DNA of 64,000 nucleotides, taken from Eledone cirrhosa. Lineage: Eukaryota. Numbering within the stretch: position 1 is the stretch's first letter; every line of letters begins with the position of its first letter. The DNA lies in the NCBI GenBank assembly GCA_964016885.1, contig OZ024745.1:54622001-54686000 (forward strand). The letters are read 5' to 3'. Position numbers and translations under genes: made by a program. The notes under the pieces were generated by a model that saw only the letters and a list, made by a program, of their open reading frames with translations, had not been told where the DNA came from and ran no database searches. Below are positions 1-12,406 of the stretch, piece by piece.

Positions 1-858
1 CCCTCATCATCATCATCATCATCATCATTATGATCATCATCATCATCATGAACATCATCATCAACTTAAGCAGAAGCAGTAGTGCCATCATTATCACCAT
101 CAAGATCAAAATAGATATACATTACCCGCAGGCATGTATGTATATAGTACTTATTTTCATATATAAATAAATATACATGAAAACACACATACATATATAT
201 ATACCTATATAATTACAAACTAATGCATGTACATGTATACACAAAAACAAATGTTTACACAGCCATAGAATCAAACGTATACCATTATGAGACGGTTCGT
301 ATAAATTGCTCTACAAAGATTCTAGTGGGATTTTGAGCTGTTATTAATTATGTTATCATTTACGATACAAACATATATAAGCTCTCACACACATATATAG
401 ACATACACACAAATATATAGAAATAGACACACGAATACACACACACGCACACAAAACATACTCACTCACATACACACATACAAACACTCTGAGGTATGTA
501 TACTCATATTTTAAAATATAGGTTAGTGCTCTTCCGAAGATAGTAATCACTATATACGAACTAGTTTTAACACCACTGCGTCTCTCTCACATTTTCCTTT
601 GAGTATACACGCAAGTACAGGATGTGCTTACATTTATTGATAAATGAATTGAGCGCGTCTTGAAAACAATCAGGCTAATGCTCAACAGAGCCCTGGCAAA
701 TGTTATATATACATCTATGTGTATATATATATAGTGAAAGAGATATGGTGGGGGGGGGGGGATAATTAGGTGCATAGATTGAATGAAATAAGTTACGTAT
801 AACAATGTGAACAATATGAAAAGTAGGGAATATAAGCACCATGCAGTTAGTAGGTTTC

Positions 859-895
<37 letters not shown>

Positions 896-1046
896 TTATA
901 TGTATGTATATGTATTTACATATATTGAAGTGCACTTAAATAAGTCCCATAAATTGTAAATATGTTTCAGTGCGACAAGTAAAAAATAAGAAAATTAAAT
1001 AAAACAAATAAAAAGGTATACAATCATCAAATAAATGAAAGTAAAA

Positions 1047-1144
<98 letters not shown>

Positions 1145-1650
1145 CATGCACACACACATAAATAGGGAGGCATATAGTGTTTGTATGATGTTTTTTGAGG
1201 TCGGTTCAAAGAAAAGTAATGTATTAAATTAAATAGAAATTTGAATGCTATATCAATACGTTTCGATTAAATAATGTCTGATTACTTTTTTATTATAAAA
1301 CGTTTCACTCATAATAGATCTTTTTCAAACAATATAGTGTAACAAATAAGCAAAAACAAAAAACAAAACAAAAAAAGGCAAAAGAAATAACGGAATATAT
1401 GGTCAACACAAAAAACATTAACCATTAGTTGTCATGTTGTTGCTATATCCTGTGACAAAATTACTATTTTATAAATATGTACAGATTAAAAAGCTTCAGC
1501 ATTGGCTGCGGAACGAATGGCAACAATACCATAAATTAGCTCACATTTAAAAAAAAATACTCATACCTCCATTTACGTAATAATATTGATTGCGATATAA
1601 TGTTGTTCTTTTCGATATTATTTATAACGCATGGTAAATACCCGCCCCCT

Positions 1651-1699
<49 letters not shown>

Positions 1700-1714
<15 letters not shown>

Positions 1715-1945
1715 GAGGTTATATTTAATTTGTTGGCATACAACAAGCAAAATATTTTTATAACTGATATAAAGCACTCAACAAATTATTGGAATAAATA
1801 TACAATATATTAACAAATGGAAACTATATTTATAAAACCATATTTATTTCATTATACATATTTCAAGGGCCACCAAGGCAAACTATGGTGCGCTTTCATC
1901 AGATAAAATATAATATAGGTTAGTTTTATAAATAAATATTGACAT
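1700..1945 (-). repeat. HHR-bearing dispersed repeat (PLE pLTR-like family A), copy 1
   Basis: Reverse complement aligns by eye with 20190-20410 and with the 39920-40080 copy (shared ATAAATATGGTTTTATAAATATAGTTTCCATTT block); abuts (TA)n. Boundaries approximate. Confidence 0.7.
1845..1910 (-). ncRNA. Type I hammerhead ribozyme motif (family A)
   Basis: Minus strand reads TATTTTAT-CTGATGA-aagcgcacca...tggtggccctt-GAAA-TATGTA-TA^-ATGAAATA: both conserved core boxes, 8-bp stem I, paired stem II. Confidence 0.75.
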
Positions 1946-2001
1946 CCCCTTAAAAATGCAACCATTCTGGTTGGAATCTCCAGGAGATTATATATATTTA
2001 A

Positions 2002-2232
2002 GTAGTAACACAACAGTTAGTTCACCATACCGAGAACAGTTGCTTCAGCTTATGCGGATATTCAGCTCGGACCAATGCCTCTTTTTTGTCTTTTGGAGTT
2101 GAAGGAGTTAAATCACTTAATGACGGAGTCACTGTTCTCCCGCTGGGATAGATTGGACTTGATCCGAGCTGAAGAACCCCATAAGGTGAAGCAATTGTTC
2201 TCGGTATGATGAACTAACTGTTGTGTTACTAC
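2002..2232. repeat. Inverted repeat (~75-bp arms) carrying an HHR-like motif
   Basis: 2002-2075 is the reverse complement of ~2155-2232. Plus strand 2164-2204: CCGAG-CTGAAGA-acc(ccataa)ggt-GAAG-CAATTG-TT-CTCGG. Confidence 0.7.
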
Positions 2233-2296
2233 CTCTAACAATCTCGTCCCATGGACTGAGTGCTCTACCACTACGGATATCACCTTCCAGTGTTCT

Positions 2297-2388
<92 letters not shown>

Positions 2389-2476
2389 TATATATAACAA
2401 AGAAAGTATGGTAAGAAACCAGGTGGACCATAACGCACCAGAGTAGTCGATACTTATGGTAGTAGAATGGGTAATA

Positions 2477-2588
2477 GGAAAAGAGTCAGGACCCCGACGG
2501 CTGAGCACGGGTGGTTTCGACAGCTACATCCGAAAGGATCTAGCTGTCGAATCGGCTGGAGCTCAGCCGTCGGTGTCCTGACTCTTTT

Positions 2589-2592
<4 letters not shown>
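2477..2592. repeat. Near-perfect ~115-nt foldback hairpin (MITE-like)
   Basis: AGGAAAAGAGTCAGGACCCCGACGGCTGAGC pairs with GCTCAGCCGTCGGTGTCCTGACTCTTTTCCT; inner TTCGACAGCTA/TAGCTGTCGAA; apical ATCC-GAAA-GGAT. Related sequence at ~33015-33100. Confidence 0.8.
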
Positions 2593-2663
<71 letters not shown>

Positions 2664-2668
<5 letters not shown>

Positions 2669-2758
2669 CCCACACACTAGGATTTTGGCACTCTGAAACG
2701 ATCGTAAAATAATGAATAAATTAATTACTATACATTGTCTTGTTTTTCATTGATCAAC

Positions 2759-2804
<46 letters not shown>

Positions 2805-2905
2805 TATAATGTTGATCAATGAAAAATAAGACAATGTATACTAATTAATTAATTCCTTATTTTACGATCGTTTCAGAGTGCCAAAACCCTAGTGTGTAGA
2901 CTAAT
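2664..2905. repeat. Inverted repeat (~100-bp arms) centred on (TA)n
   Basis: 2664-2770 mirrors ~2800-2905; both arms contain GAAACGATCGTA. Confidence 0.85.
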
Positions 2906-3204
2906 CAATAAGACCTACTTAACACTATATTATTTCCCTCGTAAAAACATGTCCTTTCTGTAGTCTATCCTCAAAAAACAATAGCTTGGGAATATTATTA
3001 AATAGATGCAAACAAGGAACCCGAGGACAGACAGGCAAAGCTTAAGAAGGGGTAGCTAAATAGAAGAATGAAAATTAAATATAAAATGAAAAGTAATAAA
3101 TAAATAATAAACGTATAAAATCTTACAAAAGTATATATAATTACAGATGAAAAGTTAACAGCTCAAACACCCTTGACAGTAGGCATTTCAATCCATTTTC
3201 AAAT

Positions 3205-3390
3205 TGGATTGGCAGTATCAGTAGAGAGTCGGACGCTATGCTTTCCAGCATAGTTACGTCCCTTTACGGTCTGAGTTCAAATCCCGCCGAGGTTGACTTT
3301 GCCTTTCATCCTTACGGGGTCGATAAAATAAAGTACCAGTAATGTATTGGGTAATTGCTGGCCTTGTGCCAAAAGTAGAAACAATTATTA
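3205..3390 (+). mobile_element. tRNA-derived SINE (short, young family)
   Basis: A-box-like TGGCAGTATCAGTAG, B-box GAGTTCAAATCCC, body GACTTTGCCTTTCATCCTTACGGGGTCGATAAAATAAAGTACCAG, (ATT) tail; many near-identical copies in window. Confidence 0.9.
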
Positions 3391-5679
3391 TACACTCTCA
3401 AAGAAAACAAAATAACAGATAATTTGAAGTAAATAAGAATTCCTTTCACAGACAATGGAATGTTCATGCCAAGAGGAGATATCGGAATTTTCATTTGACT
3501 TTTGACACGACATAACAGAACTGTCAATCTAGGTAATGTAAACATCCCATATTGCTGGTTGATATATATTATATTGCGTCATCGCAACATTAAGTTATAC
3601 ATCTACACATGCCGCCTTCCTTGACAAGATCTATGTATTTTTTTTATAGGATTTCCCATTGTATTATCAGAGTATTTATTTATTTTTACAAAAAATAACT
3701 TGTCGACTAACTTTCAAATGATTCCAGCATATTGTATGCCACTATAAATGTTCTCTTGTTGGGAATGAGACAGTGCTGTAGTTGTTTAGCTTCATGTCTC
3801 TCGCATTGAGAGTGAGAGGCTCTGCGATCAGAATGTCTAACATGTATCCAGAACAACACCAACCCATCTTTCCTTTTTCTTACTTTTGTTGTTTAGACAC
3901 AGCTCATCTTTCAAATTGTCTGTATCTGAAACCACATTGTCAAATGTATCATATCCTGACATATTGGGCTGTGATTTGAAGGATATTTATGGCACTTTTG
4001 TTTGTAGAGTGATAACATAGAACTATGCAATTGACCCACGTTTCGTTTTTTGCTTTATAGATGGTGAAGTGAATATTAAAAGCTATATGCCTGTTATTTC
4101 TCACTCGACAAGCGTCTGTACAAACTTCACGTTAATTAGAATTGTTGGTAGTGGAAATGTTGCATATAATGTTGATGATACGCATCAACGTTGGTTCGTA
4201 ACAGTTGCGCTTGGTTTAATGTTCCAGGATTATAACGACGATGAAATAATTGATATTGCGAACAGAGTAAAAGTTGTACATCTGTCTCATGGTTGGTTGA
4301 GGGTGACAAGGAAGGAATTTGCCTTTTCATTCTTCGTGTTCATCCCTGATATATAAAAATACATTCCCTGGATGAACTGGGATATAATCACCAATGATAT
4401 AATTTCTGGTATTTCAAAAATTAGCACACTTATTCAGGCGGCTTAGCCCTGGTTGAGCCGTCTTCGGTCAGTTGCAACATCGCACGGATCGATTCTCTTA
4501 ATCCAACGCTACTTGATGGCTTCTTTGTGGTTTCGCTATTTGCTGTCCCTATAAAGCCAAATCTAGTCAAAGCTTTGCTGAGTGAGCATTCTGGAGAATC
4601 TCTAGAATCAAACGCTATGGGTTATAGTGCATCTTTCAATCCCGATATCTCTTTCAAATCTGTTTTGAAATATTTAGATTGATTTGTATAGTTTGTGGAA
4701 AGATTTGATGACAGATTTAAAGAATTTTGTCAAGTTTCATTTTATTTTATCTAATCTATTTATTATCTCATTTTAATAATAAGAATATTTTAATATCAGT
4801 TATACAAATTTATATATTTATGAAATTTATAACTTCAGATAGAAAAAGTTCACATTGAAACATGAATAAGATTACGAGATAAAAGTGCAGCATTGATAGA
4901 CACACTCGGAGAACCAAGCATTTGTTTGCCTTGCGACTCTTACGAAAGTTAAGACATTGGTATTTTTGTATTTTTTAAATAGCGATAGAGAGATTGTGAG
5001 TGATAGGGAAGAATCCACTCCAGTATTATACAGATTATAATTGCATTGATGTTAATTTTGTAGGCGGTGATGTACATAAATGAGTAAAGTTTATCTGATA
5101 CGATTATAAAAACATTAACAAAAAACAATAATAAAGCACCACCACCAACAATAACAATTGTAAACCAATGAAGAAGCTTCCCTGTGGTCATTTGACCTGT
5201 TTGAAATAAAAAGAGAAATCTCAATGAAGTACTGTCTAACACTGTCAAATATGAAACATTGGGAAAATGTCATCCTCAGTTGCTTGTATATACGATAGAA
5301 ACGGATAGTCACAATTGTAAAGTTTTTGATTATACCGCAGCTTGAACAAATGTGACCTAGGGTGGCTAAAAGATAGCAACAACATCAAGTCAATTCAACA
5401 AAGGGACATTTACGCAGTCCATTGACATATTAGAAATGGTAATAAAATCCAGTGTCTCAATAACGAAATAATATATTAGATAATGTAGTGCTAGTTATAG
5501 AAATAAATATTATAGTAAAAGCCACTCGACTAGCTACAAAAAAACAAAACAAAAAGCAGACAATTATCTTTAAAATCATACACAGTTCCGCGTTAGATAT
5601 ATAAATGATTGGCACATTGAATAACATAGTCGGTGATATAAAGCTTGAAAGAATTCAGGATATAATAGCTACAATTATT

Positions 5680-6035
5680 CCGGGCAGAGGACTGTACACT
5701 CAGATGTAAATGATGATTGGTATGATATGGTCCTGTAAATCCAGATGGAGTCGTAGGGACGCTGAAGTGGCCTACGGCATTTCTTTGGCATTTTAAAGCC
5801 TGGTAGAGCCCATCCCTTTCCAGGTCTGAATACAGCAGATATCTTCCACGAATTGATCGAAAGAGAGAAAGAGATATAATGGAAGTATCAATCCCAGTAC
5901 TTGACTGGTACATTATTATCAACCTCGAAAGGATGAAAAGTAAAGTTGACTTCGGTGGGATTTGAATTCACAGAGCAGAGAGCCGGAACGAATACTGCAA
6001 AGCATTCAATCTGACTTTTTAACATTCTATCCGCA
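5680..6035 (-). mobile_element. Older SINE with extended 3' part
   Basis: Diverged SINE head/body at ~5880-6035; 5728-5820 matches 49501-49590 (GGCATTTCTTTGGCAT..TAAAGCCTGG), which also adjoins a diverged SINE head. Confidence 0.65.
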
Positions 6036-6632
6036 GTATATTTAGAGTTAACCAGCAAGTATTAGTAAACTGTGTCCAGTACATATTTTGACATTATTAT
6101 TTCTTGCAGACTACAACTATCAAAACTACTTAAACATCATCATTTTCATAACCATAAAAAACAACAAAAATAATAAGTGATATTTATGTTGTTAATAAAT
6201 GATGATGATGATGATGATGATGATAATCATGGTGATAAAGATATTTATGATGATAAATAATAAGGTTATTGAAAAAAAGGTGATGAAGATTAAGAGGGAG
6301 ATTGAGAGTAGCAGCAGCAGCGATAGAAGATGAAGAAGGAAAAGAAAGAGAGGGAATAATAATAATAATAATAATAATAATGATTTCTTTATTAACCACA
6401 AGGGTTTACATAAAGTAGACATTAAGGACAGTGCAGGACAATGCAGGACGGTACAAATGGGCATTTCTGCGTGTAAAAAACAAAAACAGAGGATGTAACA
6501 AAAAATAACAATGAAAAATTCCCCAATAGAGGGGGAGACTTCGGAGGGACATTTGTGGAGAAAGCCCAGTAAAAAGCCACAATGACCCTGACCACCAAGG
6601 CAAGTGCCCACTCCCAGTTTTCCACCTTTAAT

Positions 6633-9600
6633 TTACAGATATATACTCAGAGTAGGCCCATTCACTCGGGCCATTCTTGCTTCTCTCACCCATCTTTCAA
6701 CAAAATGCTGGGAAGAGAGCACTTCCCTCTCTACTCTGATTTTCCTTTTCAAATGAAATTTGAAAAAGTCAATCAGAGCATCACCGAAGAGGTAAGTGCT
6801 CGTCTTCAGCCCTTTCAAACGTGTCCACCAAACTATCTCTTTCGCCATGGCCACCAGACAGATAAAAACTGCCTGCCCTTCCCGGCTAAAGGAGGAGGGC
6901 GGGGCAATCCTCACGATGGACTCAGATGATAGCCGGATCCGTCCTAAACGCGACAGCAGGTGTTCGACATAAACCCACAAGTCAGCAATTTTCGGACACT
7001 GGACGAGTGCGTGCAGGACGGTTTCGTCGCCCTGCGCGCATCTCGGACATGCCCGGCTGACGGCACCCCCATGCCTGTAGAGTTTATCCCGAACTGGCAA
7101 GGCTCCTCGGTAGCACTGCCAGGCCAGAGATTTCTGGAAGTTGTCCATAGGCCCTGGCCCGAAAGTTCTTCCGAAGAGATTGGCTAGTTGATTTTCGTCG
7201 ACGCCTAGAGTTTCCCCAAGTACGTCGTCGCTCTTCCCCTCCACTAATCCTCTATAGAACGCCGAGGTGGAGTTTCCACCGATCAGATTGCCCGATTGGT
7301 CGAGGGCTGTGAGCGCCTGAAGACATTCCAGTCTCCAGGCGCTCCCTCTCGGTCTTCGCTTGACCCAGGACTGCAGCTCCGTCAAGGAAACGAGCTGGGG
7401 AAATACGTGTCTAGCAAACGGCGACCACACCTGATCACCGTCGAGGAAGAGGTGGAGATGTCGTAGCCTGAGCGCGTGCCTGCGCATCATCAGCCACAGC
7501 ATGCCCAGCCCTCCACGTAGCGGGTGTTGACAACAGATGGATCGCCTGACCATCGGAGCACGTCCCTTCCACAAAAAGCGAAAGAGCAAACGCTCCAGCG
7601 CAGTCAGGCGAGGCTTAGGACAAGGTACGACGGTCAGGCGGTAGCAGATGACAGACGCGATGTACGCGTTAGCCACCTCCGCTCGACCTTTCAGGGATAG
7701 CTTCCTCTCCGCCCTTTCTGGGTGAGAGAAGCCACCCTGCTCATCACCTCGTCCCAGTTTTTGTCCGTCTGGAGGTCCGGACCGAACCAGACCCCTAGCA
7801 ATTTAACCGGTCCGTCCGTCCAGCGTCCGACGACGCTGTTGGACGGCATGGACCTGCCTCTCCAGGTGCCGAGGTGCAGGCCCACTGACTTTTCCTGGTT
7901 GATCATTGCTCCTGTCACCGCTTCGTATTCTCTTAGTATGTGCCGATCGCCTCGATGTGTTTGCCGTTCGACACCACTACGGTGACATCGTCCGCATATG
8001 CTGACACGGATCTTCTGCATCCTAGTTCGCGCGGGACGCCCCTCAACGTCTCCAGTTTGTGCAGTAATGGCTCGAGAGTCAATACGTACAAGAGGGACGA
8101 GAGGGGACATCCTTGGCGGACCGAGCGCATGATGTTGAACGGTTCCGACAGGTGACCGTTCACTCTCACCACAGAGCACATGTCGCTGTGCATGGCAGCG
8201 ATCCAGCCTCTGAAGACGGGCCCAAAGCCAGCCGCCCTCAGGACTGCCGCTAGGTAACGATGGTCGACCCTATCGAAAGCTTTCGACTGATCTAAATTGA
8301 TCAAGGACCCACCCGTGCCAGGTTCCTTAGCTACCCTCTCTACGATGTATCGCATGAGGTGGATGTTGTCGTGGATGGATCTGTCGGGAATGGCGCATGT
8401 CTGCGCCTCTCCCACCAGACCACCAACGACAAGCGCCAGCCTCTTTGCTAGCACCTTGGCCAAAATCTTGAACTCTGTGTTTAGCAGAGTTATGGGCCGG
8501 AAATTATCTATGTTATCCCCCTTGTTCGGATCCTTTCTTAGCAGTGCCACCGCTCCTCGGCTCACAGAACTGGAAATTCTCCCGTTCTGTTGCCAGTTGC
8601 AGTAGACGTCCGCCAAGAGGCCTCCGAACAAGTCTGGGATCTGTGCGTAAAGTTTATAGGGCAGACCATCCAAACCAGGCGATTTACCCCTTGAGCAGCC
8701 AGTCATTGCCTCCCTTACTTCAGCGGCTGTTATCGGCTTTTCGCAACACTTCGCCTCAGTGGCCGAGAGCCGCGGCAGTCCGTCGAGGTAGACACTAAAG
8801 TCCATCCCTCTACCCGGCCCACCGCTGCCCCGAACAGCTGAGCGAAGTGTCGCTGAAAAGCTTCACACATTTGCCCGGGATCGAGTAGCACGCGCCCGTC
8901 GTGGTCCACCAAAGACCGGATCGTGGCTTTGTTGCCACGACGCGCCTCCGCCACTCGGGCCCATTGAACGGCTTTCGTCCCCTCGTGTCTGAGAGCACGC
9001 ACCCTTGCTCTGACAACGCAGCCTTCGTGCTTTGCATTGAAGAATTGGTCAAGGGCCAATTTCGCCGCAAGCACGTCGGTCGCAATGCCTTTGCTAAGCG
9101 CCTCGTCTAATTTTCTAACTAGTTCTGCCTCTGCTCTATTTTTCTCTATTGCTAAAGTCTTACTAAACCTAATCGATTCTATTCTAATCGCTCTTTTCAG
9201 AGCAAACCACCACTTGTTGTTGACGATGGCCCCCGTCAATGCCCGCTTAACTAGTTCGCTAATCCGGTCTCTGTAGGCCTTGCGCGCTGGTAAGGACGCG
9301 TTTAGCTTCCAGTAGCCGGGTCCTCGTCTATGAAGCCTATCTAAGTCAAGCACACAGATCACGAATTTGTGGTCCGTGTAGCTGACTATCTTGAATTGTG
9401 GACAGCCTATGCTAGACCTATCTATTTCCCTACAAAATACTCTATCTAGATATGATCTGGATGACCCTATGAGATTTGTCCAAGTCCACATTGGCACATT
9501 CGGGAAATCCAATCGGTACCTGTCAGACAGTTCAAAACGCCTGAGCAGGTTGGTGAGGCTCTTGCACCCTCCACCCCTATCCGCTAATCCCACACAGTCC

Positions 9601-10048
9601 CAGCGTGCATCTAAGATCCCGTTCCAGTCGCCCACTAACACTAAAGAGCGGGACGTTCCAAGAAAGGTCTCCAGACGCCGGAAGAAATCAGACCGCCCTG
9701 CTCCTGTCGGGGCATAGACGGCCACTAGCCTGAAAGCTTGCCCGTCTCCGCTGGTCACGTCCAGCACCACCAGCTTACCCTCTGGGTCCAGGAAGATGGC
9801 CCGTATGGCGAGATCCAAACCTCTCCGAAAAGCACAGCAACTCCTCCACCCGATCCAGGACGGCTGGGAGATGCGTACACATCGTAGCCGCCGAAGATCG
9901 GTGCGAAGGCCCGTGCTTCGGAGATTCTGGTCTCGCTGATGGCCACTACATCTATGTTTAGTGACCTGAGGTCGTTGAGCAGGTGACCCTGCTTCCATGA
10001 CGACCCCAAGCCACGCGCATTTATGCTGCCTATTCTGAGTGAGGTCAT
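6633..10048 (-). pseudogene. Tx1-like ORF2: APE endonuclease, reverse transcriptase, C-terminal zinc finger; about 4 frameshifts
   Basis: MTSLRIGSINARGL, VYAP, GDWN, SYLDRVF, TDH (APE); KSPGLDG, FRPITLLN, LDQSKAFDRV, VRQGCPLS, YADD (RT); CPRC..DETVLHALVQC. Spread over ORFs 9755-10048, 8730-9998, 7933-8805, 7691-8179, 6633-7676. Confidence 0.93.
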
Positions 10049-10083
10049 GTTTAAAATAGAGTGGAAAAGATGGGAAAGACCAC

Positions 10084-12170
10084 TTACCGTACTTTTGGTA
10101 GAGGAGGGATGGTTTTTACATCCCTTTTCACTTGATCGTCTGGTGAAGAGACCGTTGAATCGTCCCTTCGGCTGGTCGTCGGCTCTTCTAAGAGAACGTC
10201 TGAATATACTCTTCGATTGATGGTTCCTCCTAGGTCCCTGAAATCACCAACTGCGTTGGGGAATTTCGTTTTAATGTTTGTGTATTGTTTCTGTGCTATT
10301 TTTAGCAGTCTTATGTTAGTTGGCGTTTTGATTGGTGCTGGTATTATGTAGTCCTGTTGTGAAATGTCTGTGTGTTCAATTATGTAAGTCATTAGTTTCT
10401 TGTTGTGTGTATTTATTGCCGTGCATTTGTTTTTCTGGGGGTGGGGTGTGGTTCTGCTATTTTCTTGTCGTTGTTGCTGGGTGTGTGTGTTTTGTTGTTG
10501 TGTTTGCGATGTTGGTGCTTGTGGTGGTGGTGTTGAAGGTGCTGTTGGCGGTGGGGTTGTCGCCGGTGGTGATGGTGGTGCTAGTGTGGGTGGTGATGGT
10601 GTTGGTGGTGTTGCTGCTGTGGGTCTCTTTGCAGTAGACTTTACCCTTTTCTCATTTCTTTCCTCCCTTTTCAAAGGCGACGATGCGCTGCTTCTGCGTT
10701 TGTGCCTTCTTACGACCTTTTGCCATCCCTCTCCCACCTCACACTCCATGTCTGATTCTGTGAGGTCGGGGAGGGGTACCAGCTCCACTCTTTCACTTGT
10801 TGTTGTTGGTGATGTTTGCACTGGAGTCTCTGTTGCAGCTGCATTTGGTATTGCTGTTGTTGTTGTTAATATTTCCACTGCTGCTGCTGTTTTTGATTTC
10901 CGTGGCGTGGGTATGGGTTCCACGGACCTATCGTTCCTGGTTGCCGCTTGTCCTGTTGCTGGTAGCCGTGGAGCCGGATTCGGAAGGAGGGGGGTTTTCT
11001 CCTTTCTCAGGGTCTTCTCGTTGCAGAAGGCCCTGAGGTGAGTCTTCGATCCAGAGCGAAAGCATTTCGGGCGTTTGCCCTCAACACTTATGGGCAGTTG
11101 AGTGCCGTTATCGAAGTCTATCACATCCGGGATAGCTTCGATGCACTCCTGGTTGGTTTGGATTAGCATCTCAATGGAGGAGCCGACCCAATCTTCTCTT
11201 ACTTTTTTCTGTACTTGCAGTACAGTTGTTTTGTCCTCGATTCCGACGAGGACAGACGCGGCCAGCCAAGAAGGGGTCATTCCGGGGGGGACGTGGGTCA
11301 GTTTGACCCTCACAATTTTTTTCCCGCAGTAGGAGGGCACCAACACCATTTCCTCGCTCCTTAGGGTCACTACGGATTGAGCCTTTGCCTCCTGGGGTGT
11401 GGCAAAAAGTACGTCTACGGTGGCATATTTTTTGCCTCGGGTGATGTGCGTTTTCCGCTGCCACACAGACCCCAAGGCTTTTTGTATTTGTGCCTCTGTG
11501 GCTCTTTCCACCCTACGGGATTTTGTACTTACTGTACGGTACGTGACCGTACAGTGCTCTTGGGTTTCGAAAAATTTTTCCGCTGCCTGCAGATTGCTCG
11601 GTGTCCATTCTTTGTCACCATCTTCTTCGCTTCCTCTAATTCCTCATTTGTTATGAGGATTGTTTCCAAGTTTTTCGCAATACCTGCAAATGAGATTGGT
11701 TTTTCTTTGCTGCTGTTGTTGTCGTCAGATCTTTTGTTGTTGCTGCAGGTACTACGACTACTGCCTTCGCCGCTGTTGCTGTGGTTGTTGTTGGTGTTGC
11801 TGCTGCTAATGCTGTTGTTGTTTATGCTGCTGGTGATGCTGTTGCGGCTGCTACTGTTGTTTTCATTGTCACTGTTGCTGTTGTTATTACGGCTGCTACT
11901 GCTATTATTCCTGACGTCAGACGAATGAACTGGGTTTTCGTATTTCCCGCACACCTGTTTCATCGCTGTCGTCGTCGTCGTGGAGAAACCTTGCATGCTT
12001 TGCACGAGACTTTTCTTTTCTTTCGTCACTTGCGAAAGAGAAGGGAGGGAGAGAGACACATTTAAAGAAGGGAGGGAGAGAGACAATCTTCTCTCTGCTG
12101 TAGTGACGATTGAGGAAGAAGAAGACGGAATGAGTGGGAGTGACCTATGCAAATTCTTTTTCGTAGCCAT
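10084..12170 (-). pseudogene. Tx1-like ORF1 (gag-like nucleic-acid-binding protein), one frameshift
   Basis: ORFs 11529-12170 and 10084-11511 lie in different frames directly upstream of ORF2; Ser/Asn-rich N-terminus, degenerate knuckle CFRSGSKTHLRAFC, GWQKVVRRHKRR motif, Pro/Thr-rich region. Confidence 0.8.
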
Positions 12171-12406
12171 GTTGTTTTTTTTTTGTTTAAAATAAATATT
12201 GGGTACAAACCCCCAATAAGCAGTTATTTAACCCCGAAGGGCCAAATAACGGGCAGAAAGACCCCTCTCACGAGGAGGAGGGTGTTTTTGTCTACAAGTT
12301 GGTCTAAGTTTTAAACAATTTACAATTGTTAAAGCGTTCAAAATTTACAGTACCTTACAGAGCCGAGCCTCCGTCAACCATAGCATTCAATAATAATAAT
12401 AATAAT

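Larger units (their letters stand above)
6383..12388 (-). mobile_element. Full-length L1/Tx1-clade non-LTR retrotransposon (~6.0 kb) inserted in (TAA)n
   Basis: 5'UTR, ORF1, ORF2 (APE-RT-zinc finger), 3'UTR with AATAAA near 6390; identical 19-nt AATAATAATAATAATAATG at 6364-6382 and 12389-12407 (TSD). Confidence 0.92.

Noticed and set aside
3205-3290. Functional tRNA gene
   Set aside because: A/B boxes are present but there is no proper cloverleaf, and it is fused to a repeated body and tail: a SINE head.
3700-4400. ORF 4069-4356 after an acceptor-like TTTATAG as a host exon
   Set aside because: No recognisable domain or partner exons; the minus strand has faint CR1/L2-like RT echoes, too decayed to call either way.
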